Assembly: GCA_964520865.1 (NCBI GenBank) | Contig: CAZFOY010000002.1 | Span: forward strand, 2,278 to 66,277 | DNA from: an uncultured Ignavibacteriales bacterium | GTDB lineage: Bacteria > Zixibacteria > MSB-5A5 > GN15 > FEB-12 | DNA length: 64,000 bases | Direction: 5' to 3' | Shown here: piece after piece, positions 1 to 8,025 of the stretch | Layout of the letters: every line of letters starts with the position of its first letter | Numbering within the stretch: position 1 is the stretch's first letter | Program-made: the position numbers and the translations under genes | The notes under the pieces: generated by a model | Told to the model about the DNA's origin: nothing | What the model saw: only the letters and a program-made list of their open reading frames with translations | Database searches by the model: none

Positions 1-985
1 TCGGCTGGGGCAGTTTCTGAATCCCGAATCCGTGTTCCAGAAGCAGACGATAGTAAGACAGCTCTACTTGTGAATAGGCCCGCGTTTCAAAGCAGCTTTC
101 AGAGATATTGGAGCAGGTGGCGGTGGCCGGCTCGAGCTGCCCGAAGTAGATTTCTACTTTGTTGCGCAGGTCGGCCCCTTCCAGCTCGATCAGGAGCTCT
201 TCAATTATCTCCGTAGTAAAACTTTTGTCGATGTTGACGCGAATCACCACCGGAAGTCGAGTAGTTGCGTACTGGATATTCTCGATAATCCTACGGTAAC
301 TGTCCTTTCCGTTTTTGAGCGGTCGCTTCTTATTGTGGATTCGCTCCGGGCCATCGATCGTTACCTGCACCTGTCCGAACTTGAGTTCGGCCAGCTTGTC
401 GGCCGCCTTCTGATCGAGAAGATAGCCGTTCGTGATCACTCCGCTGCATGCGTAGTCAAATTTGTATTCTTCGGCAAGGTCCAGAAATGATTCGGTGAGA
501 TCCGTGATTATGTCCATAGCCAGGAGCGGTTCTCCGCCGTACCAGGTGGTCTGAACATCGTGCAAGGTATCCCCCTGCTTTTCGACGAACGCGATTAAGG
601 CTTCGGCCACCCGCGGCGACATCCGACCCTTCTTGTTTTCTTCGAAACAATAGTTGCAGGCCATGTTACATGCCATGGTCGGGGCGATAATCAGTCCGAG
701 AGAGGTTGGATCGAAGCGCACTTTGCGATAGCGGAATTTCATCCAATCCAATTCGGGAAGGTCACTGTCGACGACGAAATGGCCGTATTGCAGCTGTCCG
801 AGCAATTCCTGCTCGGCGGTGTCGAGATTCTCCGGAGAACCGTTTCCCAGTTTGCCGGCCAGACGCTGATACGTGGCATAATTCTCCGACGTCATCAGGG
901 CGACAGCGCCACTCGCGGCATTGAAGGCCAGATAGTAACCGTCGCGCCAGGGTTGAAAATGATTGAAGCGCGATAACTTTGGCAT
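1..985 (-). CDS. radical SAM enzyme, peptide-maturase-like (N-terminal 328 aa; C-terminus lies beyond the window edge)
   Basis: Absent from the ORF track because it has no stop in the window. My minus-strand translation from ATG at 985 reads MPKLSRFNHFQPWRDGYYLAFNAASGAVALMT... It has a CX3CX2C cluster (MACNMACNYC, Cys106/110/113), a GGEPLL motif (WYGGEPLLAM) and VITNG. About 95 aa precede the cluster, as in RRE-bearing RiPP maturases. AAAGG lies 6 nt upstream of the ATG. Confidence 0.75.
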   Translation of the reverse strand, partial: MPKLSRFNHFQPWRDGYYLAFNAASGAVALMTSENYATYQRLAGKLGNGSPENLDTAEQELLGQLQYGHFVVDSDLPELDWMKFRYRKVRFDPTSLGLIIAPTMACNMACNYCFEENKKGRMSPRVAEALIAFVEKQGDTLHDVQTTWYGGEPLLAMDIITDLTESFLDLAEEYKFDYACSGVITNGYLLDQKAADKLAELKFGQVQVTIDGPERIHNKKRPLKNGKDSYRRIIENIQYATTRLPVVIRVNIDKSFTTEIIEELLIELEGADLRNKVEIYFGQLEPATATCSNISESCFETRAYSQVELSYYRLLLEHGFGIQKLPQP

Positions 986-1018
986 GACTCGCCTTTCGTT
1001 TTGAAAATCCCTGGCAGG

Positions 1019-1037
1019 GAGCAACTCGAAGTTGCTC
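1019..1037 (-). promoter_or_regulatory. intercistronic hairpin (7-bp perfect stem GAGCAAC/GTTGCTC, 5-nt loop) between the small ORF and the radical SAM gene
   Basis: Read directly from the sequence: gagcaac-tcgaa-gttgctc, about 35 nt upstream of the radical SAM ATG. No U-tract follows, so it is not a classical terminator. Confidence 0.4.
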
Positions 1038-1080
1038 GCCTGCCGTTGCTCTTCAGGGATGCGTCTTTGGCGCAACCCAT

Positions 1081-1092
1081 GTCAATATTGAC
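1081..1092. repeat. perfect 12-bp palindrome GTCAATATTGAC in the peptide-maturase spacer
   Basis: The sequence is its own reverse complement. Any function (operator?) is unknown. Confidence 0.5.
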
Positions 1093-1212
1093 TGACATTA
1101 TTCGACGTGCGGGAAGAAGTCGCCCGGGATGCCTCCCTGCGCGCCGTGTGAGGTCACATAAACCGTGTCGTCGAACGCGGAAGCCGTATGGCGGGATCCG
1201 GTCGACGCATCC

Positions 1213-1314
1213 TTATATGATGATTCCGTACAGCGGTTTGATGTGGCAGAAGCTGGAACATTTCGTTGTGCAGAAGCCCAGTTTGGTGTCCAGCGGATCG
1301 ATCAAATAGATCAT
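1213..1314 (-). CDS. small Cys-rich peptide (33 aa), candidate RiPP precursor: MIYLIDPLDTKLGFCTTKCSSFCHIKPLYGIII
   Basis: Too short for the ORF track. ATG at 1314, TAA at 1215-1213. GAGGAGG Shine-Dalgarno (1329-1323) sits 8 nt upstream of the ATG. An in-frame TAA eight codons upstream fixes the start. Core is Cx3Cx3C. Same strand as, and immediately upstream of, the radical SAM gene. Confidence 0.55.
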   Translation of the reverse strand: MIYLIDPLDTKLGFCTTKCSSFCHIKPLYGIII

Positions 1315-1575
1315 GCGGTTCACCTCCTCTAACAGTTAAATATTATGTGTAACTGCGGATGCACCACACCCTGGTACATCTCCTCAACTTACGAATGTTC
1401 GCGGACTTTGAATGTGCCGATACGGCGGACTTATCGAGTGGAACTTACTACATACCCGGCCGAACCCACGGCCGCCGTCGCGACGCGCCTCCCTCAAAAC
1501 GTTGTCTATTGGTTGTCGAGTCGAAATGTTGAACTCGTCTTGAACTACCACTCGAAATTGAAACAACCTGCATGC

Positions 1576-1604
1576 ATAATATTATTCGTAGAGTAACGTG
1601 TCAA
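1576..1604 (-). promoter_or_regulatory. sigma70-type promoter, -35 TTGACA / 17 nt / -10 TATTAT, reading toward the peptide-radical SAM pair
   Basis: Exact -35 consensus (1604-1599) and a near-consensus -10 (1581-1576) at optimal spacing on the minus strand. Confidence 0.5.
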
Positions 1605-1920
1605 GGATAATGTGGTCCGCGTTCGCACGATGTGATCAGAAGCTGCGTGTCGCGCTGATGAAACAATACAAAGAAGTACGTTTTCTTTGAAACGATCGAA
1701 GGTTGCGTTGGGTCTGACTTTGGGGAAGTCCGCCTGTCTCACCAGTGACGATAATTCCTTCCGGCCCTTAAACCGGTCCGGGGTGTATGGTCGGTAATCT
1801 CCAGTTCCGGCCGTCTTACCGAAACGGGCGGTAGTCAGCTTGGAAGATCGAAAAGAATTGGGGGAAACGATCCTGGCCGGATTAATCTAAAACAGATCCG
1901 GCACTGTCTAATTTTTGGAA

Positions 1921-1929
1921 TGTTATAAT
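1921..1929 (+). promoter_or_regulatory. extended -10 element TGtTATAAT upstream of the adaptor/ABC operon
   Basis: Consensus TATAAT at 1924-1929 with TG at 1921-1922, 37 nt upstream of the ATG at 1966. No good -35 element. Confidence 0.35.
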
Positions 1930-1965
1930 GTGGTGAAGAGCAATTAGCGTAAAAGGACCAAGAAT

Positions 1966-3258
1966 ATGAAGAAGAAGACAGTCTGGCTTCTAATCCTCCT
2001 CATAGTAATAGTTGTCGGAGGGATATTGGTAAGGAACGCGATGTCGAAGTCAGATACCGTGACCTACGATTTCGCCAAAATAGAGCGCGGCAATGTGCTC
2101 AACACTATTTCGGCCAGTGGTACGCTCAGCCCGGTTACTACGGTCGATATCGGGACCCAGGTCTCGGGGACTATCGACTCCGTATATGTCGATTACAATG
2201 ACAACGTGAAACAGGGGCAGGTCCTGGCCGTTCTGGATACTGTTCTGCTTAAGACTAATGTGATTGACGCCGAAGCGAATCTGGAGCGGGCTAACGCCGC
2301 GCTGAGCCAGGCGGAAGCGGACTTCGACCGGGCCAAAAAGCTCTATGACAAAAAGCTGATTTCCGACGCCGATTACATTACGGCGCAGGTCAATATCAAG
2401 ACTCAGGAAGCGGCAGTGAAGTCGGCCCAGGCGGATGTGACCAGGGCTCACCGAAACCTCCAGTATGCCGTAATCAGATCGCCTATCAAGGGGACTGTGA
2501 TCAGCAAGAACGTTGAATCGGGGCAAACGGTCGCGGCAAGCTTCTCTACGCCGACGCTGTTCAAGATAGCTCAGGACCTTTCCCATATGCAGATTCTGGC
2601 CGACGTGGATGAAGGGGATATTGGTCAAATCAAGGACGGTCAAGAGGTTACGTTCGAAGTTCAGGCGTACCCGGACAAGCAGTTTTCCGGAACGGTGAAT
2701 CAGCTGCGACTTGAACCAACCACGCTACAAAATGTCGTTACCTACACGGTCGTTATCGATGCTGCCAATCCGGACAATCTGTTGCTTCCCGGCATGACGG
2801 CGACAGTGGATTTCATTGTCGATAAGCTGACGGATGTCACTTTAGTTCCGAACAAGGCGTTGCGTTTTCAACCATCCGAAGAGGAGATGGCGGCGTTTCG
2901 TGAGCGACGTCAGAAAGAGTTGGCCGACATGCCGGATTCGGTCAAGGCCAGATTCCGCGGGGGACAGGGAAGGAGTGGCGGCGGAGGCATGGGGGGCGGA
3001 ATGGCCGGAGGCGGTATGATGGCCGGCGGCGGGGGTGGCGCGAACCGATCGCAGAATTTCGGCCACGTTTGGTACCTTGACTCGGACAATCAACTGGCGA
3101 TGGCGCCGCTTCGCCTGGGAGCCACCGATGGCACCAACACGCAAGTCGTTTCGAGCAGGACTTTGAAGGACGGAATGGAAGTAATCGTCGGAACCGGCTC
3201 CAGCGGCCAGTCTTCCGACTCGCAACATCGGCCGATGGGATTTCGGCTTTTCCGATAA
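1966..3258 (+). CDS. HlyD/MacA-family periplasmic adaptor subunit
   Basis: N-terminal TM anchor, barrel-sandwich and long coiled-coil hairpin region (EANLERANAALSQAEADFDRAKKLYDKKLIS...VIRSPIKGTVI). First gene of an adaptor-ATPase-permease operon. Confidence 0.9.
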   Translation: MKKKTVWLLILLIVIVVGGILVRNAMSKSDTVTYDFAKIERGNVLNTISASGTLSPVTTVDIGTQVSGTIDSVYVDYNDNVKQGQVLAVLDTVLLKTNVIDAEANLERANAALSQAEADFDRAKKLYDKKLISDADYITAQVNIKTQEAAVKSAQADVTRAHRNLQYAVIRSPIKGTVISKNVESGQTVAASFSTPTLFKIAQDLSHMQILADVDEGDIGQIKDGQEVTFEVQAYPDKQFSGTVNQLRLEPTTLQNVVTYTVVIDAANPDNLLLPGMTATVDFIVDKLTDVTLVPNKALRFQPSEEEMAAFRERRQKELADMPDSVKARFRGGQGRSGGGGMGGGMAGGGMMAGGGGGANRSQNFGHVWYLDSDNQLAMAPLRLGATDGTNTQVVSSRTLKDGMEVIVGTGSSGQSSDSQHRPMGFRLFR

Positions 3259-3279
3259 AGCGAGAATAACTCAACGGAG

Positions 3280-4053
3280 ATGGACACAACTATGACAACT
3301 GTAATCGAGACCCGCGGCCTGACCAAGACGTTTCAGATGGGATCGGTACCGGTCCACGCCCTCCGCGGTGTTGATTTGAAAATAGAGTCCGGAGAATTCG
3401 TGGCGATCATGGGTGCGTCCGGATCGGGGAAGTCCACCCTCATGAATCTGCTCGGCTGTCTTGACCGACCTTCGTCCGGTGAATACTGGCTCGATGGAAT
3501 GAAAGTCGACAGTTTGAGCAAAAACGAGTTCGCCGCCGTGCGCAACGAGCGGATCGGATTCGTTTTTCAGGGCTTCAATCTTCTGGCCCGCACTTCGGCA
3601 CTTGAAAATGTGGAACTGCCGTTATTCTATGACCGGGGGAGACGCATCGAAAACCCACGGCAGGAGGCTATCGACGTACTCAAACAGGTGGGCCTCGGCG
3701 AACGGATGGACCATGAGCCGAATCAACTCTCCGGCGGGCAGCAGCAACGAGTGGCGATTGCACGAGCACTCGTCAACCGACCCGCGATTGTCCTTGCCGA
3801 CGAACCGACCGGCAACCTGGATAGTCGGACCTCTGCCGAGGTGATGGCGCTGTTTCAGGAACTGAACGATCGGGGCATCACGATAGTCCTGGTGACTCAC
3901 GACGCCGATATAGCGGCGTATGCCAAGCGCATAGTGGAAATCAGGGATGGGCTGGTGATTCGGGATGTCGCCGTGACCGATCGGCGAGACGCCCACAAGG
4001 ATATGGCCGCTCTTCCGTCCAGGGAGACGGAACCGGAGGAGGCCGACGTATGA
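3280..4053 (+). CDS. ABC transporter ATP-binding protein (MacB/LolD family)
   Basis: Walker [10 protein letters not shown], signature [15 protein letters not shown], Walker [14 protein letters not shown]-loop VTHD. Confidence 0.9.
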   Translation: MDTTMTTVIETRGLTKTFQMGSVPVHALRGVDLKIESGEFVAIMGASGSGKSTLMNLLGCLDRPSSGEYWLDGMKVDSLSKNEFAAVRNERIGFVFQGFNLLARTSALENVELPLFYDRGRRIENPRQEAIDVLKQVGLGERMDHEPNQLSGGQQQRVAIARALVNRPAIVLADEPTGNLDSRTSAEVMALFQELNDRGITIVLVTHDADIAAYAKRIVEIRDGLVIRDVAVTDRRDAHKDMAALPSRETEPEEADV

Positions 4054-5270
4054 AAGAATTCAAAAACTTGTTGAAGGCGGCATTTAGAAGCCTGCTTAAG
4101 AACCGCATGCGGAGCCTGTTGACGTCGCTCGGTATAATTATCGGTGTCAGTGCAGTGATCGTTATGGTCGCGGTCGGGCAGGGGTCGCAGGCGCAGATTG
4201 AAAAAAGTATTAATGCCCTGGGCACGAACCTCCTGATTGCGTTTCCGAGCAGCGGGTCTTCCCGGGGCGTTCACTTCGGGGCGGGCACCCTCAATCGGTT
4301 CACCTTCAGCGATGTCGACAAGCTGCGTAAAGAAGCTACCTTGCTGCAAGCCGTATCTCCGGTAGTGCGTACCGGAGCCCAGGTGATCGGCGGCGGAACC
4401 AACTGGGCAACGGAGATCTATGGCGTGACGCCGGACTACTTCAGCATCCGCAATTGGGAAATTGACAAAGGTGATTTCTTCTCCGAGCGCGATGTATCCA
4501 CCAACAAGAAAGTGGCCGTACTGGGTGCAACCGTGGCAAACCAGCTCTTCCCGGAACAGGATCCGGTCGGACAGAGTATCCGCATCAGAAATATACCATT
4601 TACCGTGGTCGGGGTGTTGAAGGCAAAAGGGCAGAGCGGGATGGGGCACGACCAGGACGACATCATCCTGGCTCCCGCAACCACGGTGCTGTACCGCCTC
4701 AAGGGTGGACGCTGGATAGATATGATTAACGCCAGCGCCGTATCGACCAATCAGATGGACTCGGCGATGGCCCAGATGACGACGATCCTTCGTGCCGCGC
4801 ACCGTATTCCCGAAGGTGAGGACAACGATTTCACGATCCGAAGTCAGGCTGAAATTACCGAAGCTGTTACCGAGACTACGAGTACAATGACTCTGCTCCT
4901 CGGATCGATCGCGGCAGTAAGCCTGGTGGTTGGCGGTATCGGCATCATGAATATCATGCTCGTGTCAGTGACCGAGCGAACCCGCGAGATCGGTATCAGA
5001 CTCTCGGTTGGAGCAAGAGAGAGCGATATACTCTTCCAATTTCTGACCGAAGCGGTTGTTCTCAGTCTGGCCGGAGGACTGATCGGGATACTTCTGTCTG
5101 CCCTTGTTGTAGCCGGCCTCGGCCGGTTCACGCAGCTACACCCCATAATCTCGCCGCAGATCATCACGATTTCGGTGTTGTTTGCCGGAGCGGTCGGCGT
5201 TTTCTTCGGCTTCTACCCGGCGCGGAAGGCGGCGGCGTTGAATCCGATCGACGCCCTCAGGCATGAATAG
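4050..5270 (+). CDS. ABC transporter permease, MacB periplasmic domain + FtsX fold
   Basis: ATGA start/stop overlap with the ATPase gene. N-terminal TM, large periplasmic domain, C-terminal FtsX-type helices ([14 protein letters not shown]... [16 protein letters not shown]). Confidence 0.9.
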   Translation: MKEFKNLLKAAFRSLLKNRMRSLLTSLGIIIGVSAVIVMVAVGQGSQAQIEKSINALGTNLLIAFPSSGSSRGVHFGAGTLNRFTFSDVDKLRKEATLLQAVSPVVRTGAQVIGGGTNWATEIYGVTPDYFSIRNWEIDKGDFFSERDVSTNKKVAVLGATVANQLFPEQDPVGQSIRIRNIPFTVVGVLKAKGQSGMGHDQDDIILAPATTVLYRLKGGRWIDMINASAVSTNQMDSAMAQMTTILRAAHRIPEGEDNDFTIRSQAEITEAVTETTSTMTLLLGSIAAVSLVVGGIGIMNIMLVSVTERTREIGIRLSVGARESDILFQFLTEAVVLSLAGGLIGILLSALVVAGLGRFTQLHPIISPQIITISVLFAGAVGVFFGFYPARKAAALNPIDALRHE

Positions 5271-5291
5271 AGCGCTTCCGCGGAAAATTCT

Positions 5292-5329
5292 GAAGACTGT
5301 CCGACCTAAATTGGACAGTCTTTCTCTTT
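5292..5329 (+). terminator. Rho-independent terminator after the exporter operon
   Basis: gaagactgtcc / 10-nt loop / ggacagtcttt stem, followed by ctctttg. Confidence 0.6.
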
Positions 5330-5565
5330 GATCCCTACAGGGTTACAGCTTCTGTTCGGTCGGGCAGAAATTGCGACAGGCATACCTGCGAAACAACTCC
5401 ACCCGACCGTCGTATACTTAATCCAGAAATAGCAACTGGCTCCTATTTTGGATCCGGAGGGAATCTGCCCTCTCTGTGACTGTCACCTTACACCGGTGTT
5501 TATGAACAGCAGTATTCTGACTCGCTTAACTGGAGCCCCCAAAGCGAATATGCAGGAGTACGCCC

Positions 5566-7923
5566 ATGAATACCGTGAAGTTGATACGGGCAAGATTATT
5601 TGTTCTCTTATTCATACTAACCCTCATTCTGTCCGCGGCACCTGTTGTCCTGGCCACGAAAACGCCGGCCCCGGTTTTTAATCCCGAACTAACGGTAGCC
5701 AAGACCGCAAAAGCGATCAAGGTCGATGGAAATATCAGTCCTGCCGAATGGGCCGGAGCTGCCGAGATCTCCAATTTCGTTGAACGTTATCCCGGAGAAA
5801 ACACTCAGCCCGCGGTCGCTACACAAACTTTCGTTACTTACGACCGGGACAACCTGTATGTGGCATTCGTCTGTCACGATGATCCGGCGAGTATTCGGGC
5901 TACGATGTGCCAGCGGGACCAATTCAACGGCGATGATGATGTCTGTGTACTAATCGATACCTATGGGAAGGCGGCCTGGGCCTACGAGCTTCTCGTGAAT
6001 CCGTACGGAGTTCAGAAGGACCGACTCTGGACGCAAGTTGCAGGAGAAGACAGTGGTTTCGACATGGTCTGGGCATCGGCGGCCAAAGTAACTGATTCAG
6101 GATATCAAGTCGAGATTGCGGTCCCCTTCTCGAGCATGAGGTTCCCCAATCAATCACCACAATCGTGGAAGATGGATTTCTGGAGAAACCGGCCCCGACA
6201 AAGCTCGCACCAGTACAGTTGGGCGGCGTACAACCGTAACGAACAATGCTGGCCGTGCCAGTGGGGAGAGGTCAACGGGATTGGCGACGTCAACCCGGGG
6301 AAAGGGATGGAGATTCTGCCCACCTATGTTGCCCATCAGGCAGGTTATCTCAACGACGGCGGTGATCCCACTTCCGGTTTCCACGAAGGAGACGTGAGCG
6401 GCGAGCTGTCGCTGGGCGCAAAGTACTCGATCTCCTCGAATGCCACGCTCGAAGGTGCGTACAATCCGGACTTCAGCCAGATCGAAAGCGACGCGGCGCA
6501 GGTCGACGTGAACTCGACAATCGCCCTTTTCTACCCGGAGCGAAGGCCGTTCTTTCAGGAAGGATCCGATATTTTCCGTACGCTGTTCAACTCCTTCTAT
6601 ACCCGAACGGTCAACGATCCGCAGTACGCCACGAAATTCATTACCAGGACTTCCGACTACAGCATTGGCTTCATGTCCGCCGAAGACAAGAATACACCGT
6701 ATTTACTTCCGCTCGAAGAACGCTCAGTGCTGTTCAACAGCGGCAAGAGCTATGTCAACGTCCTTCGGGGGAGTCGAGCGATCGGCGCAGAATCTCGAAT
6801 GGGATTCATCCTTACGGATCGAAGGCTCGACGGGGGAGGGTACGGAACAATTGCTTCAGTTGACGGTCGTTTTCGCCTGACCCAGCAATACAGTGTCCTG
6901 GGCCAGTTCATATCGAGTTTTACCGGCGAACCGGACAAGGCAGGACCGAGCGCGGGGCTCGAAGGCGTCAAAATCGATCGGGGAAAGCGAACGGCAATAT
7001 TCGACGGCGAGTCGTTTCACGGCAACGCGCTGATCACGCAATTGCGCCGACAGGCCCGCGAATGGAGCTTCACGATTGATTACGATCAGGTTGAGCCGTC
7101 CTATCGCACGCTTACCGGTTATGACCCGTGGGTAGATTATCGCAACACGTTTGTCGGTACCCAGTATACCTTCTATCCGACCAAAGGGTTGTTCCAGCGA
7201 ATCCAACCGTCGATCAATGTCGATGGAAGATGGTTGTTCGACGGGACCCGGCGGTGGGAACACCAGTATCTAAACTTGTACACGCAGTTAAGATGGGCGC
7301 AGACCGAAGCAAGCATTTCCGTGTCGAGAGGATCCGAATCCTGGACAAGCGGCTACTCAGGGAATCTGATCGAGTACAACGGACTCGTTTCCGTCGGGTT
7401 CAATGCCGATGGTCAGTTCTCCAATGCGCTCGGATATCAGTTCAATCTGCAGAGATCCAAGGATGTCGCCCGATTTGCCGAAGCGGAGGGACTTCAAAAC
7501 TCGGTGGAAGTATCTCTGGGGATCAAGCCAGTCGACCGTCTGTTGATCGAACCGGACGTCAATTATGTCCGAAGCACGCACGCCGACAAGGGAAACGAGC
7601 TTTATCGCCAGTTCATTTTCCATACGCGGTTGAGTATGCAGCTCAATCGGCAGTTGTCGTTGAGGCTGGTGCTGCAGTACAATGATTCCCGCGCTGCCAT
7701 TTACACGGGCGAAGATACTCAGGGACCGACATATTATCACGCTTTGAACAAGTCGTGGGCGGTCGATCCGTTGTTGACGTATCGAATCAGTTCATTCAGC
7801 GTGTTGTACGCCGGAGCGACTCACCAGTATGACTTCTTTCCGATGAATGATCAGTTCAATTCGCAATGGAGGCTGGGTTCGCGTCAGTTCTTCCTGAAAC
7901 TACAGTATTTGTTCCAAGCATAG
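5566..7923 (+). CDS. secreted/outer-membrane protein with CBM9-like N-terminal domain and DUF5916-like beta-rich body
   Basis: AGGAG lies 8 nt upstream. Signal peptide present. N-terminal KVDGNISPAEWAGAAEISNFVERYPGE...LYVAFVCHDD resembles CBM family 9. The long aromatic-rich C-terminal region ends in F-Q-A, as outer-membrane beta-barrels often do. Confidence 0.65.
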   Translation: MNTVKLIRARLFVLLFILTLILSAAPVVLATKTPAPVFNPELTVAKTAKAIKVDGNISPAEWAGAAEISNFVERYPGENTQPAVATQTFVTYDRDNLYVAFVCHDDPASIRATMCQRDQFNGDDDVCVLIDTYGKAAWAYELLVNPYGVQKDRLWTQVAGEDSGFDMVWASAAKVTDSGYQVEIAVPFSSMRFPNQSPQSWKMDFWRNRPRQSSHQYSWAAYNRNEQCWPCQWGEVNGIGDVNPGKGMEILPTYVAHQAGYLNDGGDPTSGFHEGDVSGELSLGAKYSISSNATLEGAYNPDFSQIESDAAQVDVNSTIALFYPERRPFFQEGSDIFRTLFNSFYTRTVNDPQYATKFITRTSDYSIGFMSAEDKNTPYLLPLEERSVLFNSGKSYVNVLRGSRAIGAESRMGFILTDRRLDGGGYGTIASVDGRFRLTQQYSVLGQFISSFTGEPDKAGPSAGLEGVKIDRGKRTAIFDGESFHGNALITQLRRQAREWSFTIDYDQVEPSYRTLTGYDPWVDYRNTFVGTQYTFYPTKGLFQRIQPSINVDGRWLFDGTRRWEHQYLNLYTQLRWAQTEASISVSRGSESWTSGYSGNLIEYNGLVSVGFNADGQFSNALGYQFNLQRSKDVARFAEAEGLQNSVEVSLGIKPVDRLLIEPDVNYVRSTHADKGNELYRQFIFHTRLSMQLNRQLSLRLVLQYNDSRAAIYTGEDTQGPTYYHALNKSWAVDPLLTYRISSFSVLYAGATHQYDFFPMNDQFNSQWRLGSRQFFLKLQYLFQA

Positions 7924-7971
7924 CGACGGTCTTCTGTCGGCGAGGCAGAGGCAAGACCATCGTCGCGATTA

Positions 7972-7999
7972 GAGCGGGAGGCGAGTGGCTCTCCCGCTC
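7972..7999. terminator. GC-rich hairpin between convergent genes (GAGCGGGAG / 10-nt loop / CTCCCGCTC)
   Basis: Perfect 9-bp stem read directly from the sequence. No clear U-tract. Confidence 0.4.
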
Positions 8000-8025
8000 G
8001 TCCATTTCAGGTAAATCGACTTCTG

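Noticed and set aside
895-1098. 67-aa minus-strand ORF (MSVNIDMGCAKD...) between the small peptide and the radical SAM gene
   Set aside because: It overlaps the radical SAM start in another frame, lacks an RBS and crosses the intercistronic hairpin. The 33-aa ORF upstream has far better translation signals.
1545-1742. 65-aa minus-strand ORF upstream of the small peptide
   Set aside because: GTG start without an RBS. The ORF contains the TTGACA-17-TATTAT promoter within it. No motif.
2950-3045. G-rich repetitive DNA (ggcgg/atgg repeats)
   Set aside because: It is in frame within the adaptor gene and encodes a Gly/Met low-complexity linker. It is not a tandem-repeat locus or a CRISPR array. 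No spacer-repeat periodicity was seen anywhere in the window.
3897-4802. 301-aa minus-strand ORF
   Set aside because: It is antisense to the ABC ATPase/permease junction and has no recognisable motif. The same reasoning rejects 42764-43720 (antisense to carB), 8710-9372, 28174-28788, 36118-36600, 53036-53599, 60837-61370, 32698-33273 and the many shorter antisense ORFs in the track.
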